Assembly: GCA_013265495.1 (NCBI GenBank)
Contig: MU057880.1
Coordinates: forward strand, 712,527-776,526
Source of the DNA: Vicugna vicugna
Taxonomy: Eukaryota
DNA length: 64,000 bases
Direction of reading: 5' to 3'
The notes under the pieces are model-generated. The model saw only the letters and a list, made by a program, of their open reading frames with translations. It had not been told where the DNA came from and searched no databases. Below, piece after piece: positions 23,439 through 37,545 of this stretch (its first letter is position 1; every line of letters begins with the position of its first letter). Position numbers and translations under genes: made by a program.

Positions 23439-26400
23439 TGGAAATTCAAAATAAACAGGAAGATTAGGTGCCAGTTTGCATCTGCATTGCTTCATCAAAA
23501 AATCATCATCAAATTCTAGTTATTCTTGTTAAAAATGAAAAAGCCACACACACACCCCTTCACCAGCACCGGCCTGTCATATGTCAGCTGAAATCTGTTT
23601 TCTCATCTTTCCTCTCCAGCTGGTCTAAAGGTATCAGGTCAGAAATCATCTCAGGAACCACCCCCTGAGTTGAGTTACACTATTTGTGATCACGACAGTA
23701 TCTGTGTTTAGCTCCGCATTTCATGTAATCATGTAGCTCAGAAGTGGAGTTTAGGAATCTGTTTCCTCATATAGCCCGTAAGCGCTAAGTGTTAACACCT
23801 TGTGCGAAGTAGGATCTCTTTGTAAAAACTTTCCTTATAATTATTTTCAATTTTCATAGGCTTGAGGGGCCACGTGAGGAATAATGTTCATGGACATGGA
23901 AATAATTAACTCAGAAAATTGCAAAAAAAAATCAAAGTTGCATAGTCATGTTTTCCAGCGTAGCATCAATACTCGTTAAATACGCCAACCAACCAGGGTC
24001 AGGATTAAAGCTTTTACTTATTCTATACTATCCTTAAACTGTCCCCTGCACACCTCAAAGAGACAGGATGTGTATTTCAAATATTAAATAGCTGCTAGGA
24101 ACGCTACATGTTCCCTAGGGATTACTGACAGTGATTGCAGCATTTGACTTCTCGGGCTCCTTCCGCTGAAACAGACTGAAGTTCAGTTGGCAAGCAAGAG
24201 TCAATATTTCACTGGCACGTCACTGGGACATTTTTTCCTAGTTTCAGGCTTGGAAGTTTAATAATTGATTGGGGGATGGGAGGGGGGCCAAGCCCTGATT
24301 TGTCCAACAGTTTTCTCAGCGATTTGGATAGAGGAAAATCAGGTTTGCAGAAGGCATTGACCTAGGGGAGAGAGAGAGAGAAAAAAAAATGAGGTGACAA
24401 TTTGTGTTGTAAATGAGAATATTTTAGAATTAGAGGCTCAAACTAACAAGATTATAATTTAGCAGGAATAAGTCTGAACCTGGTGCTTAGGGTGAAAAAT
24501 TCAGTAATACAAGTGAGGACTAGGTGAGGTATTGTGTGATGGGTTGGTGTGGAGGTCATCCCTGACTGTGATGAGCCTGGAGGTTAGCGTGGGTCCCAGG
24601 AAAGCTGCCAGAATCACAGAGATCTCTGCTCAGCAGACAGCGGATGACACGGTAGCATCACTTTTGGTTGGGAGCAACACTTCTTTTTTTAATTAAAGTA
24701 AGTCAGTTACACTGTGTCAATTTCTGGTGTACAGCACACTGTCCCAGTCCTGCATGTGCAGCACATTTTAAAGGTAGATGTTAATGGACTGAAGCGCCCC
24801 AAGGGGCAGGATGGGGCGGAGTCTGAGCATCACGTCTCAGGAAGGACACTGGAAAGAAGTGGGAAGCTGACCTACAAAAGAACCTAGTGTGAGCCTCTCG
24901 CCTTCTCCAGCTTCTGACAGGTGGTCCCCTGAGAGAGGGTCTATGAACTGAGATTCAGAATTCAGACCACTGTGGGACTGTTCCAGGAAGGCAGATTTCA
25001 GTTCAACCTAAGAAAGAATAATTAGACCCGTCCCCGAATAGAATGTGCTTCTATCGCTGGAAACCTTATGGCTGTTGGATGGACACCAGCTGTGGAAGGG
25101 AACCCTACCTAAGGGTAGAAGGTGACACCTGCTGACCAATCCCAGCTCCCAGAAGACACTGGAAACGTGGACCTCTCTGCTAACACTGAGGCTGCAACAC
25201 CTGGATTTACGGCTGTACTAATGTGATTGCCAAAACCTGCTGGCAACCCAAGTGGGTTAACACGGCCGTGAATGCAACAGGGCATCTCTTCATTTTACAT
25301 GGGAATTTCGCCCTGGCTTCCACTGAGGAAGCCACCAGAATTCACCACCCGTAGCACCTAGTGACCCATTCTCGGAGCCCCTGCGCAGCAGCTGAAGCGT
25401 GGAGACACTGGAAGATGGAATCATTTTCCCACCTTCCCACCTTCCCGCCTTCCCATGAGACCAGCACCGTGGTATCCCTTCTTGATTCCAGGAATACACG
25501 AGTTACTGTCTCAGAGGCCAGTATTAGACGCTCCCAGGAAACACAACACCAGGGCCATTAGCGTTGGCACGCAGGTTAATGTCGGCTAGAGGTGCCTGAG
25601 CACTTGCGCACCGTCAAATCCGAGCGGGCGTGAGGCTTGCTTGGAGGGGTTGCTAGGACACAGGCAGCTTGGCCCCACCTTCAGAGTCTCTGTTTCAGGG
25701 CATGTGAGGTGGGGCCTGAGATTCTGCCTTTTTAATAAGCTCTCAGGCGATGCCCGTAGTCTTCCCAACTCTGCCTTCCGTGACATCGGACTGGGAGTCT
25801 GAAACGGGCCATGGTAGGGGTGTTTGCACCACAGAAACGAGTGTAAATTCTGCGAGCTGGTAGTCAAACATCTACCAGGAAACCACTGCTACAGACTCAG
25901 AGCAGAAAGAAAACACGGGACAATTAAACATCTAAGGCAGCATTGCTCCAATTCACTGTAGTCGTGGATTTAATGATGGTTTCCTGAGTCCTGGCTACGT
26001 AACCACAGCAATATTTTCTCAGTTATAATCTGTTGAAAGGACTGAGCATAAATGGAGTTCATGAAGTAATACTTGCTCTTGGATTAAAGCGATGAAAGAT
26101 GGTTTCAGACATTAATTATTTGCCGTAAGGAAAAGTCAACATTTGATGCATTTCCTAAATGTGTATTAAAATTAAATAAGTGAAAAGGAACCTAGACCTG
26201 TGATTATTGAATAAATGTACATATCACTTCATTACTGTCCCCACCACCTCATCATCTCCACTGTCTCACATTTACTGACTGCTTAGAATAAGCCAGGCAC
26301 CACTGTCAGCTTTTTTACATGAATGATCTCACTTAATTCTTCTCAAATTCTGTCACATAGATATTATTATCCCCATTTTACAGATAAAAACCTGAGTCAC

Positions 26401-26574
26401 AGTCACAGGTATGTGATGCTGTGGACCAGTGCTGGAGGGATGGATGTCAGGCAGCCATGGATCTGGTGATGTCATGTGTAATGTCCTAGAAACCTCAAAT
26501 CCAGCATTTCTTAAAGATAATTTACTGACAACAACCACATTACTATTACACAATCACTATATTCTTAAATATAT

Positions 26575-27345
26575 ATATATTTTTTATTGAAGTATAGTTG
26601 GTTTACAATGTTGTGTTAATTTCTGGTGTAAACCATAGTGATTCAGTTATACATACATATATATTTCTTTTCATATTCTTTTTCATTTTAGGCTATTACA
26701 GGATATTGAATATAGTTCCTTGTGCTATGCAGTAGGACCTTATTGTTTATCTATTTTATATAATAGTGTGTATCTGCAAATCTTGAACTCCTAATTTATC
26801 CCTCCCCACCCCTTTCCCTGTGGTAACCTTAAGTTTGTTTTCTATGTCTGTGAATCTGTCTCTGTTTTGTAAATAAGTTCATCTGTATTATTTTTTTTAA
26901 AGATTTCACAAATAAGTAATATCATATGGTAATTTTCTTTCTCTTTCTGGCTTACTTCACTTAGTATGACAATCTCCAGGTCCATCCATGTTGCTGCAAA
27001 TGGCAAAATTTCATTCCATTTCACGGCTGAGAAGTGTATGTATATAAATATAATTATAAATATAAATATAAATATATATACACATGCCACACCTTCTTCA
27101 TCCAGTCATCTGTTGATGGACATTTAGGGTGTGTCCACATCTTGGCTATTGTATATAGTGCTGCTGTGAACACTGGGGTGCGTGTATCTTTTCAAATTAG
27201 AGTTTCCTCTGGATATATGCCTAGAAGTGGGATTACTGCATCATATAGTAACTCTATTATCAGGTTTTAAAGGAATCTCCATGCTGTTTTCTATAGTGGC
27301 TGCAGCAAACTACATTCCCCCGACAGTGCGGGAGGGCTCCCTTAC
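26575..27345 (-). mobile_element. young L1 3' end
   Basis: ORF2 C-terminal peptide NEILPFAATWMDLEIVILSEVSQKEK plus 3'UTR. Confidence 0.9.
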
Positions 27346-28251
27346 ATATACCTTTTCTTCATCGCAGAAGAAAGCACTGCTAGCATCGGTGGTCTCCAAG
27401 ACAATACTAGAGCAACGCTGGCATTCCAGGGAAACAATGCTAACATTGGCTCCGTGGCATTAAACCATAATAGTCCGACCATCTGAAGTCTCCTCTTTTG
27501 AGCTGCACCTCAGCCCTCCTCAGTGGTGCGTGGAAACTCTCAGCGTTTGCCCCTCTGACTCCTGCTGTTTCTGTTTCCATGAGGCTGACCTACTACGCCT
27601 GATACATTTTTTATTTCTCCATTATTATTACGGTATTACCAGCCTGTGATTGCTCTGACTTCAAAACCTCCTGTCTTGAAGATTCTTTTGTGTCTATTTA
27701 ATCACAAGTCTAGATCCTGGGGCGCTTCTGTTTGCTCCCACTTAGTATCGCCTGCAGTCTGTCTGTCATGCTCAGAGTTTTGTTCGAAGCCATAATATGA
27801 CCTAAAATGAATGTTACCTGGGGTGAAAACTTAGACCCTCTCGAGCTGTCAGCATGTGTGACACATCCTGGAAGGAGTGTAATCTCACTTTAAAAGGGAT
27901 CTGACTGGGAGCAATTAGCTATGGAAGCCTGAGGGGGTGGGGTGGGAGGTTTCAGGGCTGAGTAACCAGTCAAACAGTTGGTAGCAGTGACAGGGCGTGG
28001 ACGCCCAGCCACCCCGCCCAGCCGCTGGCCCTTCCCCGGTGTAAACACACTTGCTCACTTTGGTTTCATTTTGGTCGTCTGAGTAGACCCCCCTGGGCTG
28101 CTTCTGTCTGAATCCTCTGCCAGTTTTGTGCACTGAAGACCTCGCCGTCTCTAACAAACATTGCAACAGCTTCCCCAGCCTCCGTGAGCCGCGTTCATAA
28201 TTATTCACCAGCTTAAGTATCAGAAGACTTCACAAGTTGCCAAACTCTAGG

Positions 28252-28564
28252 CCAGTTCTGTTCAACAGGAATAAAAGGCAAACCACAAACATAATTCAAA
28301 ATGTCCTGGTAGCCACATTGAAAACAATTAAAACAGATGAAATCACTTTGATAACATATTTTAGGTGACCCAATATATTCAAATGGTTATCATTTCAATA
28401 TGAAATCGATGCCCGAAGTTATTAATGAAGTGCTTCACATTCTTTCTTTTGTACTGTCTTGGAAAGCTCTGTGTTTAAGTCAAAGCCTGCCTCAGCCTGG
28501 ACTGGGCACTTAACAAGTTCTCAAAGCCACCTGGGACTAGTGGCTACCATGTTGGAAAGCACAG
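28252..28564. mobile_element. MER33-like hAT-Charlie element
   Basis: gtagccacatt...gttatcatttcaatatg...ctagtggctaccatgttggaaagcacag. Confidence 0.7.
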
Positions 28565-30034
28565 CTCCAGACGTGTGAAAGCTCAGATGAATGTTTTCTT
28601 GGGACATCCAAATATCCTAACGCCCTGCTGACGGGTTTTTAATGAGGTATCAATTAAACACTCTTGCTTGATGTGTAGCTTTTATACCAGGTCATTATTT
28701 ATAATAAGGATGAATAATAATAAATTAATTACGGTGAAGAACAGCCAGGCGCGTACTGTATATAAATAAAAATGCATAAATTTCTTAAAGTTGTGCTAGG
28801 CTGCAGAAGTAGAACCACCATACTCTCTGCCAGAATTTCAGTGATTTATAATCAGGTCGGGTCTCTCTAGGCTAGGAATCTAGGAATTCAGAGAGTGGCT
28901 TCTTGAGTATCTTTAATATTTAACGGAGAAAACATAACACACATCAAATAGGCTCACAGTTTCCTGTTGCTCTTCACAGAGGACTGAAAAGGTGGTAGCT
29001 CTTAAACAGCGTCCAGTCTGAATCTCTTTCCAGTGTCCAGAATTTTCTTACCTGCAATAAGAAACATTCTTGCCCCCATTGGCAATCAGAGAGCCCTCTC
29101 GTTTCTGGCTTTCGGGTTCTGGGGACTGGTAGTTGAAGGTACAGCTTCAGTTCGCTTAACTGAATGGCTGGCATCTGTAGCAGTTGAGTTCTCTTTAGAG
29201 AGGAGTATTTTTCTGTCCACTTTGTCAATGGGAGAAGAATCTTTCTTTTTTAGAGTACAATTCCACCTGATCTCCGTGTGCTTGGCACTGTGTGATCTCA
29301 CTGCACATTTTGCACTCCGGGAGTGGAGGGCATTGCATTTAGGCATCACAGGTCTGATCTTGTACACCAGCATCAGCGTGGGGAAGAAGGGCTGGGCGTG
29401 GCAGAAGTGACGGAAAGAGCAGAAATGGTTAGCAGGTGTGTAATTTGGTAATAGTTACCGCCGGGCATCTGCTCTGCACCAGGTACCTGTACAGACACGG
29501 TTGACATTTCCTACACACAGCATCTCCCAGTTCTTATGACGACTGTATCAGATTGTTCGCTGTACTTTCCTTTTTCAGACAAAGAAACCGAGCCTGTGAA
29601 GCCGGATTTTGAAGCAGGTTACAAACCTTTTCTGAAATAGAATTCAGATGAAGTACGACCCAGTCTCTTTTCCCCCACGCCACGATGCCTCCCAGCAAAG
29701 CCAAACAAATGAAAAAGGAACTGGTTGGCTGGAAGCCAACTGCAAACCACAAGAAATGCAGAATGAAAGGGCAGAGTGTGAATTACACAGAGGGTGAGAT
29801 AAACGTGGCGGGGGAGAAATGGGGCATTTCATCATTTCCCTGTATAATAGAAGAGGGAACAATTGAAGGGGCAGGAAAACAAGGGTGTCCTGAGGTGATC
29901 ATAAATATGTCTCCGCAGAAAATGAAGTTTCAGAGGAACAGGGAAAATCGAAGAAGTAGCAGGGACTGAATGAATAGAAGTGATGATTAAGAGACCAAAG
30001 GAGAGAGGAAAAATAACTCGGGTGACCATTATAT

Positions 30035-30490
30035 CAGTGGCTTTCAAACCCGTCTGACGGCAGCCCAGAGTGAGCAAGGTATTTTACACAGGGACCCAGT
30101 CAACTAGCACTGTGTGTGTGTGTGTGTGTGTATGCGTGTGTATGTGTGTATGTGTGTATGTGTGTGTATGTGTGTGTATGTATGTGTGTGTATGTGTGTG
30201 TATGTGTGTGTGTGTTTGTGTGTGTATGTGTGTTTATGTGTGTGTATGTATGTGTGTGTATGTGTGTGTGTATACAGCAGTAAAACACAGGAGCAAAGGC
30301 AACAGTGGCTTCCAAACCCGTCTGACGGCAGCCCAGAGTGAGCAATGTATTTTACACAGGGACCCAGTCAACCAACCAGCACTGTGTGTGTTTGTGTGTG
30401 TGTATGTGTGTATGTATGTGTGTGTATGTGTGTGTTTGTGTGTGTTTATGTGTGTGTGTATACAGCAGTAAAACACAGGAGCAAAGGCAA
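30035..30490 (+). repeat. tandem duplication (268 + 188 bp), each unit containing an impure (TG)n microsatellite
   Basis: Units 30035-30302 and 30303-30490 share near-identical non-microsatellite flanks. Confidence 0.92.
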
Positions 30491-31650
30491 CTCTGTAGGG
30501 AAAGGACAGTCTTCGAGACCAATGGCGCTAGAACAATTGGCTGTCTATACACCCCCAAAAAATTCAGCTTCAACTCATACCTCCCATCACATGCGAAAAT
30601 GGACTTGAAATGAATCATAGACCAAAATGAAAAACCTAAAACTGTAAAACGTCTAAAAGAAATCAGGGGAGAAAATCTTTGTGACCTTGGGTTAGGGGAA
30701 GAGTTTTTTAGATGCATCATCTAAAAGATGACTCATAAAGAACACAGCAATAAATTAGTCTTTATCAAAGTTACAACTTCTACTCCTCAGAAGACCCTGT
30801 TAAGAGGGTAAAATTACAGAGACAGACTAGAAGAAAATATTTGCAAAGTACCTATTGATAAAAGACTTCTATTCGGAATATGCAAATAGCTCTCAAAAGT
30901 CTCAACAAGAAAACAGCACAATTAAAAATGGGTGAAAGATTTGGACACTTCATCAGAGAAGACGCACCAAAGGCAAAGAAGCATAAGACACTCAACATTA
31001 TCGGTCAGTAGAGAAGCACAGGGTAAAGTTGCAGTGAGACGCCGCCACCACCTATCAGGGCAAAAGTTAAGACCAACTTGATTAAGTGTTGGCAGGGCTG
31101 GGGAGAAAGTAGGGCTCTCCGCAGATCACCGCTGGGGGGATGTAAAATGACACGACCCCCTTGGAAAGCAATTTGGCAGTTTCTTTGTACACCTACTGTA
31201 GGATCCCGGCATTCCATTTTTTACCCAAGAGAAACTAAAGCAGGTGTTCCTACAGAAATCTGTGCACGGGTGTTCACCACAGCTTTATTTGTATCAGACC
31301 CAAACTGAAAACAACCCAAAAGTCCATCACCAGGGAGATGAATAAACTATGGCATATTCATACCATCAGATACTACCCAGCAAGAAAAAGGAACAATCTA
31401 GTGGTAATTATTACAATAATATGGATGATCTCAAAATAATTACGCTTAGTGTCAGTAGCTGGGCTAAGGAGTGTGTACTCTGTGATGCTCTTTATATAAA
31501 ATTGTAGAAATTGCTAATTTACAGTAACTGAATGCAGATAAATGGTTGCCTGGGATGGGGATGGGCAGGAGTGGGAAGGGGAGGGTTTCCAAAGAGGCAT
31601 GAGGAAATCTGGGGGTGATGGGTTTTTTATCTAGATTATGGTGCTATTTC

Positions 31651-32013
31651 AGGGATTGTGTGGCCCGAGTCAGCAGGTAAAAATATAAGACGCACAATTA
31701 AAATTGAATTTCAGATAGAGAGTATTTTTTAGTATGAGTGCGTACCATGCAATGTTTGCAACATACTTATACTAAAAGAATTACTTGTTGTTTATCTGAA
31801 ATTCAAATTTAATTGTAGTGGGGAGGGGATAGCTCAGTAGTAGAGCGTATGCCTAGCATGCAGGAGGTCCTGGGTTCAATTCCCAGTCCCTCCATTATAT
31901 ATATAAATAAACAAACAAACAAGCCTAATTATCTACCCCCAACAGAAAACCAAACCAAAACAACAACCAAAAATACCCATAAACAAGTTCAACTGTATTT
32001 ACCCGGCACCCTG
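31651..32013. mobile_element. MER53-like palindromic hAT element split by a SINE
   Basis: Inverted arms 31696-31717 and 31793-31814 (21/22 complementary); terminal ctgtatttacccggcaccctg resumes after the SINE. Confidence 0.75.
31820..31975 (+). mobile_element. Vic-1-like SINE inserted in MER53
   Basis: tRNA-Ala-like head with GGTTCAATTCC B-box and A-rich tail. Confidence 0.85.
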
Positions 32014-32408
32014 CTCATCTTTACACGCTTTTGTAAAACTTAAATTGCATGCTTTAAATAGATGCAGTTTATTGTATGTCAGTTACACTTCAATAGAGTT
32101 GTTTACAAAAAAAGAAGAAGAAGAAATTGGATTAACAAAGGAAGATGCAATGACTTTCCCCAGGCTTCCCAGCGGTGGCAACCACTCCAAGGTCAAAGTC
32201 CCAGTGCCAGGCTCCCTAGTCCAAGAGCTCTTCCTGTTGTTCACAGTTGATGCGAGAATATGTTTGCTCCCCAGGAAGGAAGACTAGACCCCAAGTGAGG
32301 ACATCCAGATCTAGACTGACAAGGAAATTTTAATGTGTTATCACGTCTGATCTCTGCTCTCCCATGGCTTTGTGAGTCCTGGATTTCACCTGTTCACAAA
32401 CCCACTTT

Positions 32409-33195
32409 ATTTTATTTTATTTTTTAAAATTAACTTATTTATTGAAGTACATTCAGTTACAACATGTCAATTTCTGGTGTACAGCAGAATGTCCCAGTCA
32501 TACAAATATATACATATATTCGTTTTCATACTCTTTTTCATTAAAGGTTATTATAAGATATTGAATATAGTTCCCTGTGCTCTACAGAAGATATTTTTTA
32601 ATCTATATTTTTTATATATAGTGGCTAACATTTGCAAATCTCAAACTCCCAAATTTATCCCTTCCCACCCTCCTTCCCCCAGTAACCATAAGATTGTTCA
32701 CTATGTCTGTGAGTCTGTTTCTGTTCTGTAGATAAGTTCATTAGTGTCCTCTTTTTCCCTTTTTTAAAATTTCACATATGAGTGATATCATATGGTATTT
32801 TTCTTTATCTTTCTGGCTTACTTCACTCAGAATGATGATCTCTAGGTCCATCCATGTTGCTGAGAAATGGCATTATTTTATTCTTTTTTATGGCTGAGTA
32901 GTATTTCATTGTATAAAGATACCACAGCTTCTTTATCCCATCATCTGTTGATGGACATTTAAGTTGCCTCCATGTCTTAGCTATTGTAAATAGTGCTGCT
33001 ATGAACATTGGGGTGCATGTATCTTTCTGAATTAGTGTTTGGTTATATGCCCAGGAGTGGGACTGCTGGATCATAGGGTAAGTCTACTTTTGGTTTTTTG
33101 AAGAATCTCCATACCGTTTTCTGTAATGGCTGCACCAAACTACATTCCCATGAACAGTGCAGGACGGTTCCCTTCCCTTCACACCCTCTCCAGCA
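32409..33195 (-). mobile_element. young L1 3' end
   Basis: ORF2 peptide KDTCTPMFIAALFTIAKTWRQLKCPSTD; TSD ttcacaaac(c/t)ca(c/t)ttt. Confidence 0.9.
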
Positions 33196-34378
33196 TTCAC
33201 AAACTCATTTTAAGAGCAAAGTGTGGCAGCATAGTGAATCCGTTCTTGGATCAAGGGAGGAGTCATTTCATTTCAGACCCCTTAACTAGTATCTGAGAGG
33301 GCAACCCGTCCCCCGGCTGGCTGCACAGAAGAGGGTAAATGTGTAACAAACAAGCTGCAAAAATGTAAAGTGGACCCATCTGTTGAGCACTGCTTGCTTG
33401 CTTCTTAGAATTAGACATTTCTCAATAATCCAAATAGCGGGTTCACATGTTTTTCTTACAAGCTACTTGCAGCCGTTTTTAAGCCACCTTCGCTCCTTTA
33501 TTATACATTTTACAAGGTTGAGAAGTACCACTTACTAGTCTAAATTGCCCTGATCTAAGCTGAAGACACGTCCTGCCACCTAGAAATAAACAATCCCTCC
33601 CCACTGTCCTGACCATGTGGGGACAGAGAAGGAAACCGCCGTGTTTCAGCCAAGCTCAGAAACGTTATTTTAGTAAATTACATTTCAACTCGTCTGTCAT
33701 TGTGATGTCCTTGCCGTTTTAATGCCTACATTCAAAGTGGTAAGTTCCTCTTCTTTTCTCTTTTGAAGCAAACCTGGCATTAAGTCGCTGGTATGTTTCA
33801 CAATGCACAGCATCATACCAGCTGTTTCTGCCCAGTGTTAGCGACGCTCCTCTCTTTGGTCCAGGCAGAAATTACCATCATCACTCAGCACACTAACTGA
33901 GCGATGCCTTCCCGCTCAGCTCTTCCCAGAGTGGGCAAAACCAGTGCCACCCTCCCCTAATGCTATGATTTCCAGTCTATCTGTATTGCTTAGTATCCCG
34001 CCCCATTTTTCTATTTAAAAAAAAATTTTTTTTAACTTGAAGTCCACTCTTCTATTCTTTAATTTGCACTGGCAGGTTAACTATATTAGTGCTGGTCTCT
34101 CTGCAACTCTAATAATAAGAAACTCAATGATCACAAAGTCAGAAATGACATGAGGCCAAATGGACACCTGCAAGTAGAATGAAGCCACACTCCCTCCTGG
34201 GACCTTTTGTATACAAATAAAAAAGTAAACTCTCTCCTGCAAAACAGTGCATTTAAAGGAAATACTTATTCTTGCAGTGATGTCGTCAACTATTTGACTC
34301 TCACAGAAAGAGAAGCTGCCTGTCTAAAATATGCACGGAGAAGGTGTGAGAGAAGGGACAGTGGGGCACCGGCCAGAT

Positions 34379-34676
34379 CAGGGGGCATGAGCCATGACCC
34401 GTGGGCCAAATTTGGCTCGACCCCTGGTGTTGTGCAGTTGAAAATGGTCTCCATCTTTGTAAGTGGTTGGAAAAATGAAAAGAAGTCTATTTTGTGACAC
34501 GTGAAGTCATGTGAAATTCTAGTTTCAGTGTCTAGAAATGAAGTTTTATTGGAATAGAGGCACATGGTCATTCTGTGTATGGCCTGCGGCTGCTTGGGTG
34601 CTGCAAGACAGGGCTGAGCAGGGGTGACAGAAACATTCACTGTCTGGCCCTTAATAGGACAGTTTCCCCACCTCTG
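34379..34676. mobile_element. MER58-like hAT-Charlie element
   Basis: cccgtgggccaaat...aagttttattggaa...ctggccctt..aggacagtttccccacctctg. Confidence 0.75.
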
Positions 34677-34729
34677 CTCTAGCTCAGAGGGTTGGACCAG
34701 CGAGGAACATGGCCCTCTCCACCCTGCAT

Positions 34730-35310
34730 TTTTTTTAATTGAAGTATAGTCAGCTTACAATGTTGTGTCAATTTCTGGTGTACAGCACATACATATTCCT
34801 TTTCATATTCTTTTTCATTACAGGTCACTATAAGATGTTGAATATAGTTCTCTGTGCTGTACGGAAGAAACTTGTTTATCTATTTTATATATAATAGTAT
34901 CTGCAAATATCAAACCTCCAGTTTATCCCTTCCTACCCCCTTTCCCACTGTAACCATAAGTTTGTTTTCTATGTTTGTGAATCTGTTTCAGTTTTGTGAA
35001 TAAGTTCATTTGTCTTTTTTTAAAATTCCATATATAAGTGAGATCATATGGCATTTCTCTTTCCCTTTCTGACTTACTTCACTTAGTATGATGATCTCCA
35101 GGGCCATCCATGTTGTTGCAAATGGCAATATTTTATTCTTCTTTATGGCTGAGTAGTATTCCATTGTATAAATATACCACAACTTCTTTATCCAGTCATC
35201 CGTCGATGGACATTTAGGTTGTTTCCGTATCTTGGCTGGTGTAACTAGTGCTGTGATGAACACTGGGGTACATGTCTCTTTTCGAATTGAAGTTCTCTCT
35301 GGATATATTT
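34730..35310 (-). mobile_element. young L1 3' end
   Basis: ORF2 C-terminal peptide KQPKCPSTDDWIKKLWYIYTMEYYSAIKKN; TSD ccctgcattt. Confidence 0.9.
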
Positions 35311-35587
35311 GGCCCTGCATTTTGTGAAGATGGGTTCTGATGGGGCCCCTGGCTTGCCTCTACTTCTCTGTGTTGTTTCAGTGTAAATCCATATCCTCCA
35401 CTCTGAGAGCATAAACACCAAACAAGTGATAATTCAGCATAAAAAACCAGAGGGTCAAGGAGTGACTTTAAATAACTTCCTGCGGTATTAAAAGTAGATT
35501 ATGAAGGGAGTGTGCATCTCCCTGAATAAATCTACCTTCACGCTACCAAAAAAAAAAAGTAAATTGTAAAGCAGTAAAACGTTGCAT

Positions 35588-35589
<2 letters not shown>

Positions 35590-35628
<39 letters not shown>
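35590..35628. repeat. (TG)n microsatellite
   Basis: About 19 perfect GT units. Confidence 0.95.
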
Positions 35629-35633
<5 letters not shown>

Positions 35634-36879
35634 TGTCTTTTCTTCTGTGAGGCGTTTCCCTGTATGCTCTGTGGCAGACAAGTCAGAGACCAGTGCATCG
35701 TCCACCTTCCTAGAGAGCCACCATTGTGTCTGGTTGTCTGCTCTGGCCCCATGTGACTCAGGGTTCAACCCCAATTCATCCACGCCAGTCCCTGAAATTC
35801 CAGTCCTCTTGCCAGTGCTCGGTTTCAGGAAGAGAGAAATGACTCAGTAATGACCAACAAAATGAGAGAGGAATGCACCTGAGGTTTTCGAGGAAAGGCG
35901 TCTCCACTGATGAAACACACACCTCACCCTGCCTCTTGGGCATTGTGGGATCTGCATGGGACACCTGGAACAGCTGCAGCCTCCTTGGGCCTGAAGGCAG
36001 CCTGCTACCCTGAGGCCGCAGAACACGGAGCTGGGAGGAGGTTGTGCTTCTGAAGACACCACTGAGCGACTGAGTTAAGCAACCCAGGAGTCCTCAGACT
36101 TTAGAAAATCTTAGTACATGACAATGATTTCCCTTATTATTTAAGTCACTTGTGACCAATTTCCTGTTACTTGCAGTACTCTGGTGGGTTTTATTGGTTC
36201 TGCATATGTAGATCTTGTTAGCATCTTTTTTCATGGGAATGTCTGGAGCCTGCCTCCATGCAGGTAAAGAATTCTTATATTAAATTGACTATTTTAGGCA
36301 CATTTATACTAGGAAAATCCCAAGCCAAAATCAAACCAAAACAATGAAACCTATTTATTATTATCTTCTTAGGATCCCCCTTAGGGTGACATAAACAGGT
36401 GAAAAATCGTCTGGTTGCAAAGTTTTGTCAAGATGAGTCTGTCAGTTTTATTTTCCAAGTAAAAGTCCAGAGATGTTTATAAAACTTTTGCTCCTGCCTT
36501 CTTGCTGTGCTCACCGGGAAAGATGCGGCATTATAGGTTTTTGGATTAAATCAGCACCTTCATGATAAAGTAGTCATTCTTGCAGCAAATACTACCAAGC
36601 ATTTGACTAGCACATGGCACTGGCTGGGATGCTGTGGAAGCTTCAAAGCAAACAGAAGACAGTTCAAATCTCCAAAGGGAACTAACCAGGGATTGCTTGA
36701 CCAGCAGATGGACAAGGCACACACTCCTGAAACAGCTGGAAAAGCTGAGTACCCCCATGACACGTGGCTCAAACTGCACTTTGAGGTTTCAGTGAATGAC
36801 AGCATCTGTCCTGAGAGCAGACGGCGCTTCCTGAAGGAGGCGAACGTGGTCCTCTTTAGACTGCACGGTGTGACCGTCC

Positions 36880-37173
36880 ATCTGTGATGCTGTAGCACAG
36901 TGGCACAGGCCAGGTGACCTATGAGCAACGGAAGTTTATTTCCTACAGTCCTGGAGGCTGGGCGTCTGAGATCAAGGCTCCTGGTGAGAGCAGATTCAGT
37001 GTCTGGGGCCGGGGCCCTTTTCCACAATAAACTCACATGGCCGACGTGGGGAGGGGCTCTCTGGGATCTTGGTTATAATCATGCCCCAAAGGCTTCACTT
37101 CCAAACACCGTCACATTGAGCCTTAGGAGTTAACATATGAATCTGGGGGGCACAGAAGCATTCAGTCCGTAAC
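36880..37173 (-). mobile_element. MaLR LTR (MLT1A-like)
   Basis: tttatttcctacagtcctggaggctgg...ttcagtccgtaaca. Confidence 0.7.
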
Positions 37174-37545
37174 ATAACGAGAAACCAGGAAACCAGAGGC
37201 CACATCAACCTTTGTTCATTCTGACCCAGTGCTGGGTACCTGGTGGACACCAATATTAGTTGAACAATCAGTTGAACTGTGCATAAGCAGCGGGTGAATT
37301 CTCGAATTCTTTATAACTCTGAAATCCAATTTATAATTCTCTGTGTAATTTCCTCGTATCGTATCATGTATCGAGGTTGCCGTGGTAACACAATAATCCT
37401 ACGAGATTATTGGAGGCTGCCTCTGATGTTTTCAGATTGTTCACAGGAGGTTTATTGTCTGAGGAAAGAACAAATGTTTGTAACAAGGATGTTTCTGCCT
37501 GAGACTTATTTGGCGCTTTCAGAAATTTGACAAACTGAATATTGG

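Larger units (their letters stand above)
30478..32110 (+). mobile_element. older L1 (L1MB/MC-like) ORF2 3' part plus 3'UTR
   Basis: gaaaatctttgtgaccttgggttagg, gaagaaaatatttgcaaa, ttggaaagcaatttggcagtttc, tgcagtttattgtatgtc. Confidence 0.75.

Noticed and set aside
29033..29410. Overlapping ORFs and a minus-strand CAG|GTAAG donor
   Set aside because: No recognisable protein and no convincing partner acceptor.
30070..30613. Cys-Val and His-Thr repeat ORFs
   Set aside because: Translations of the (TG)n microsatellite.
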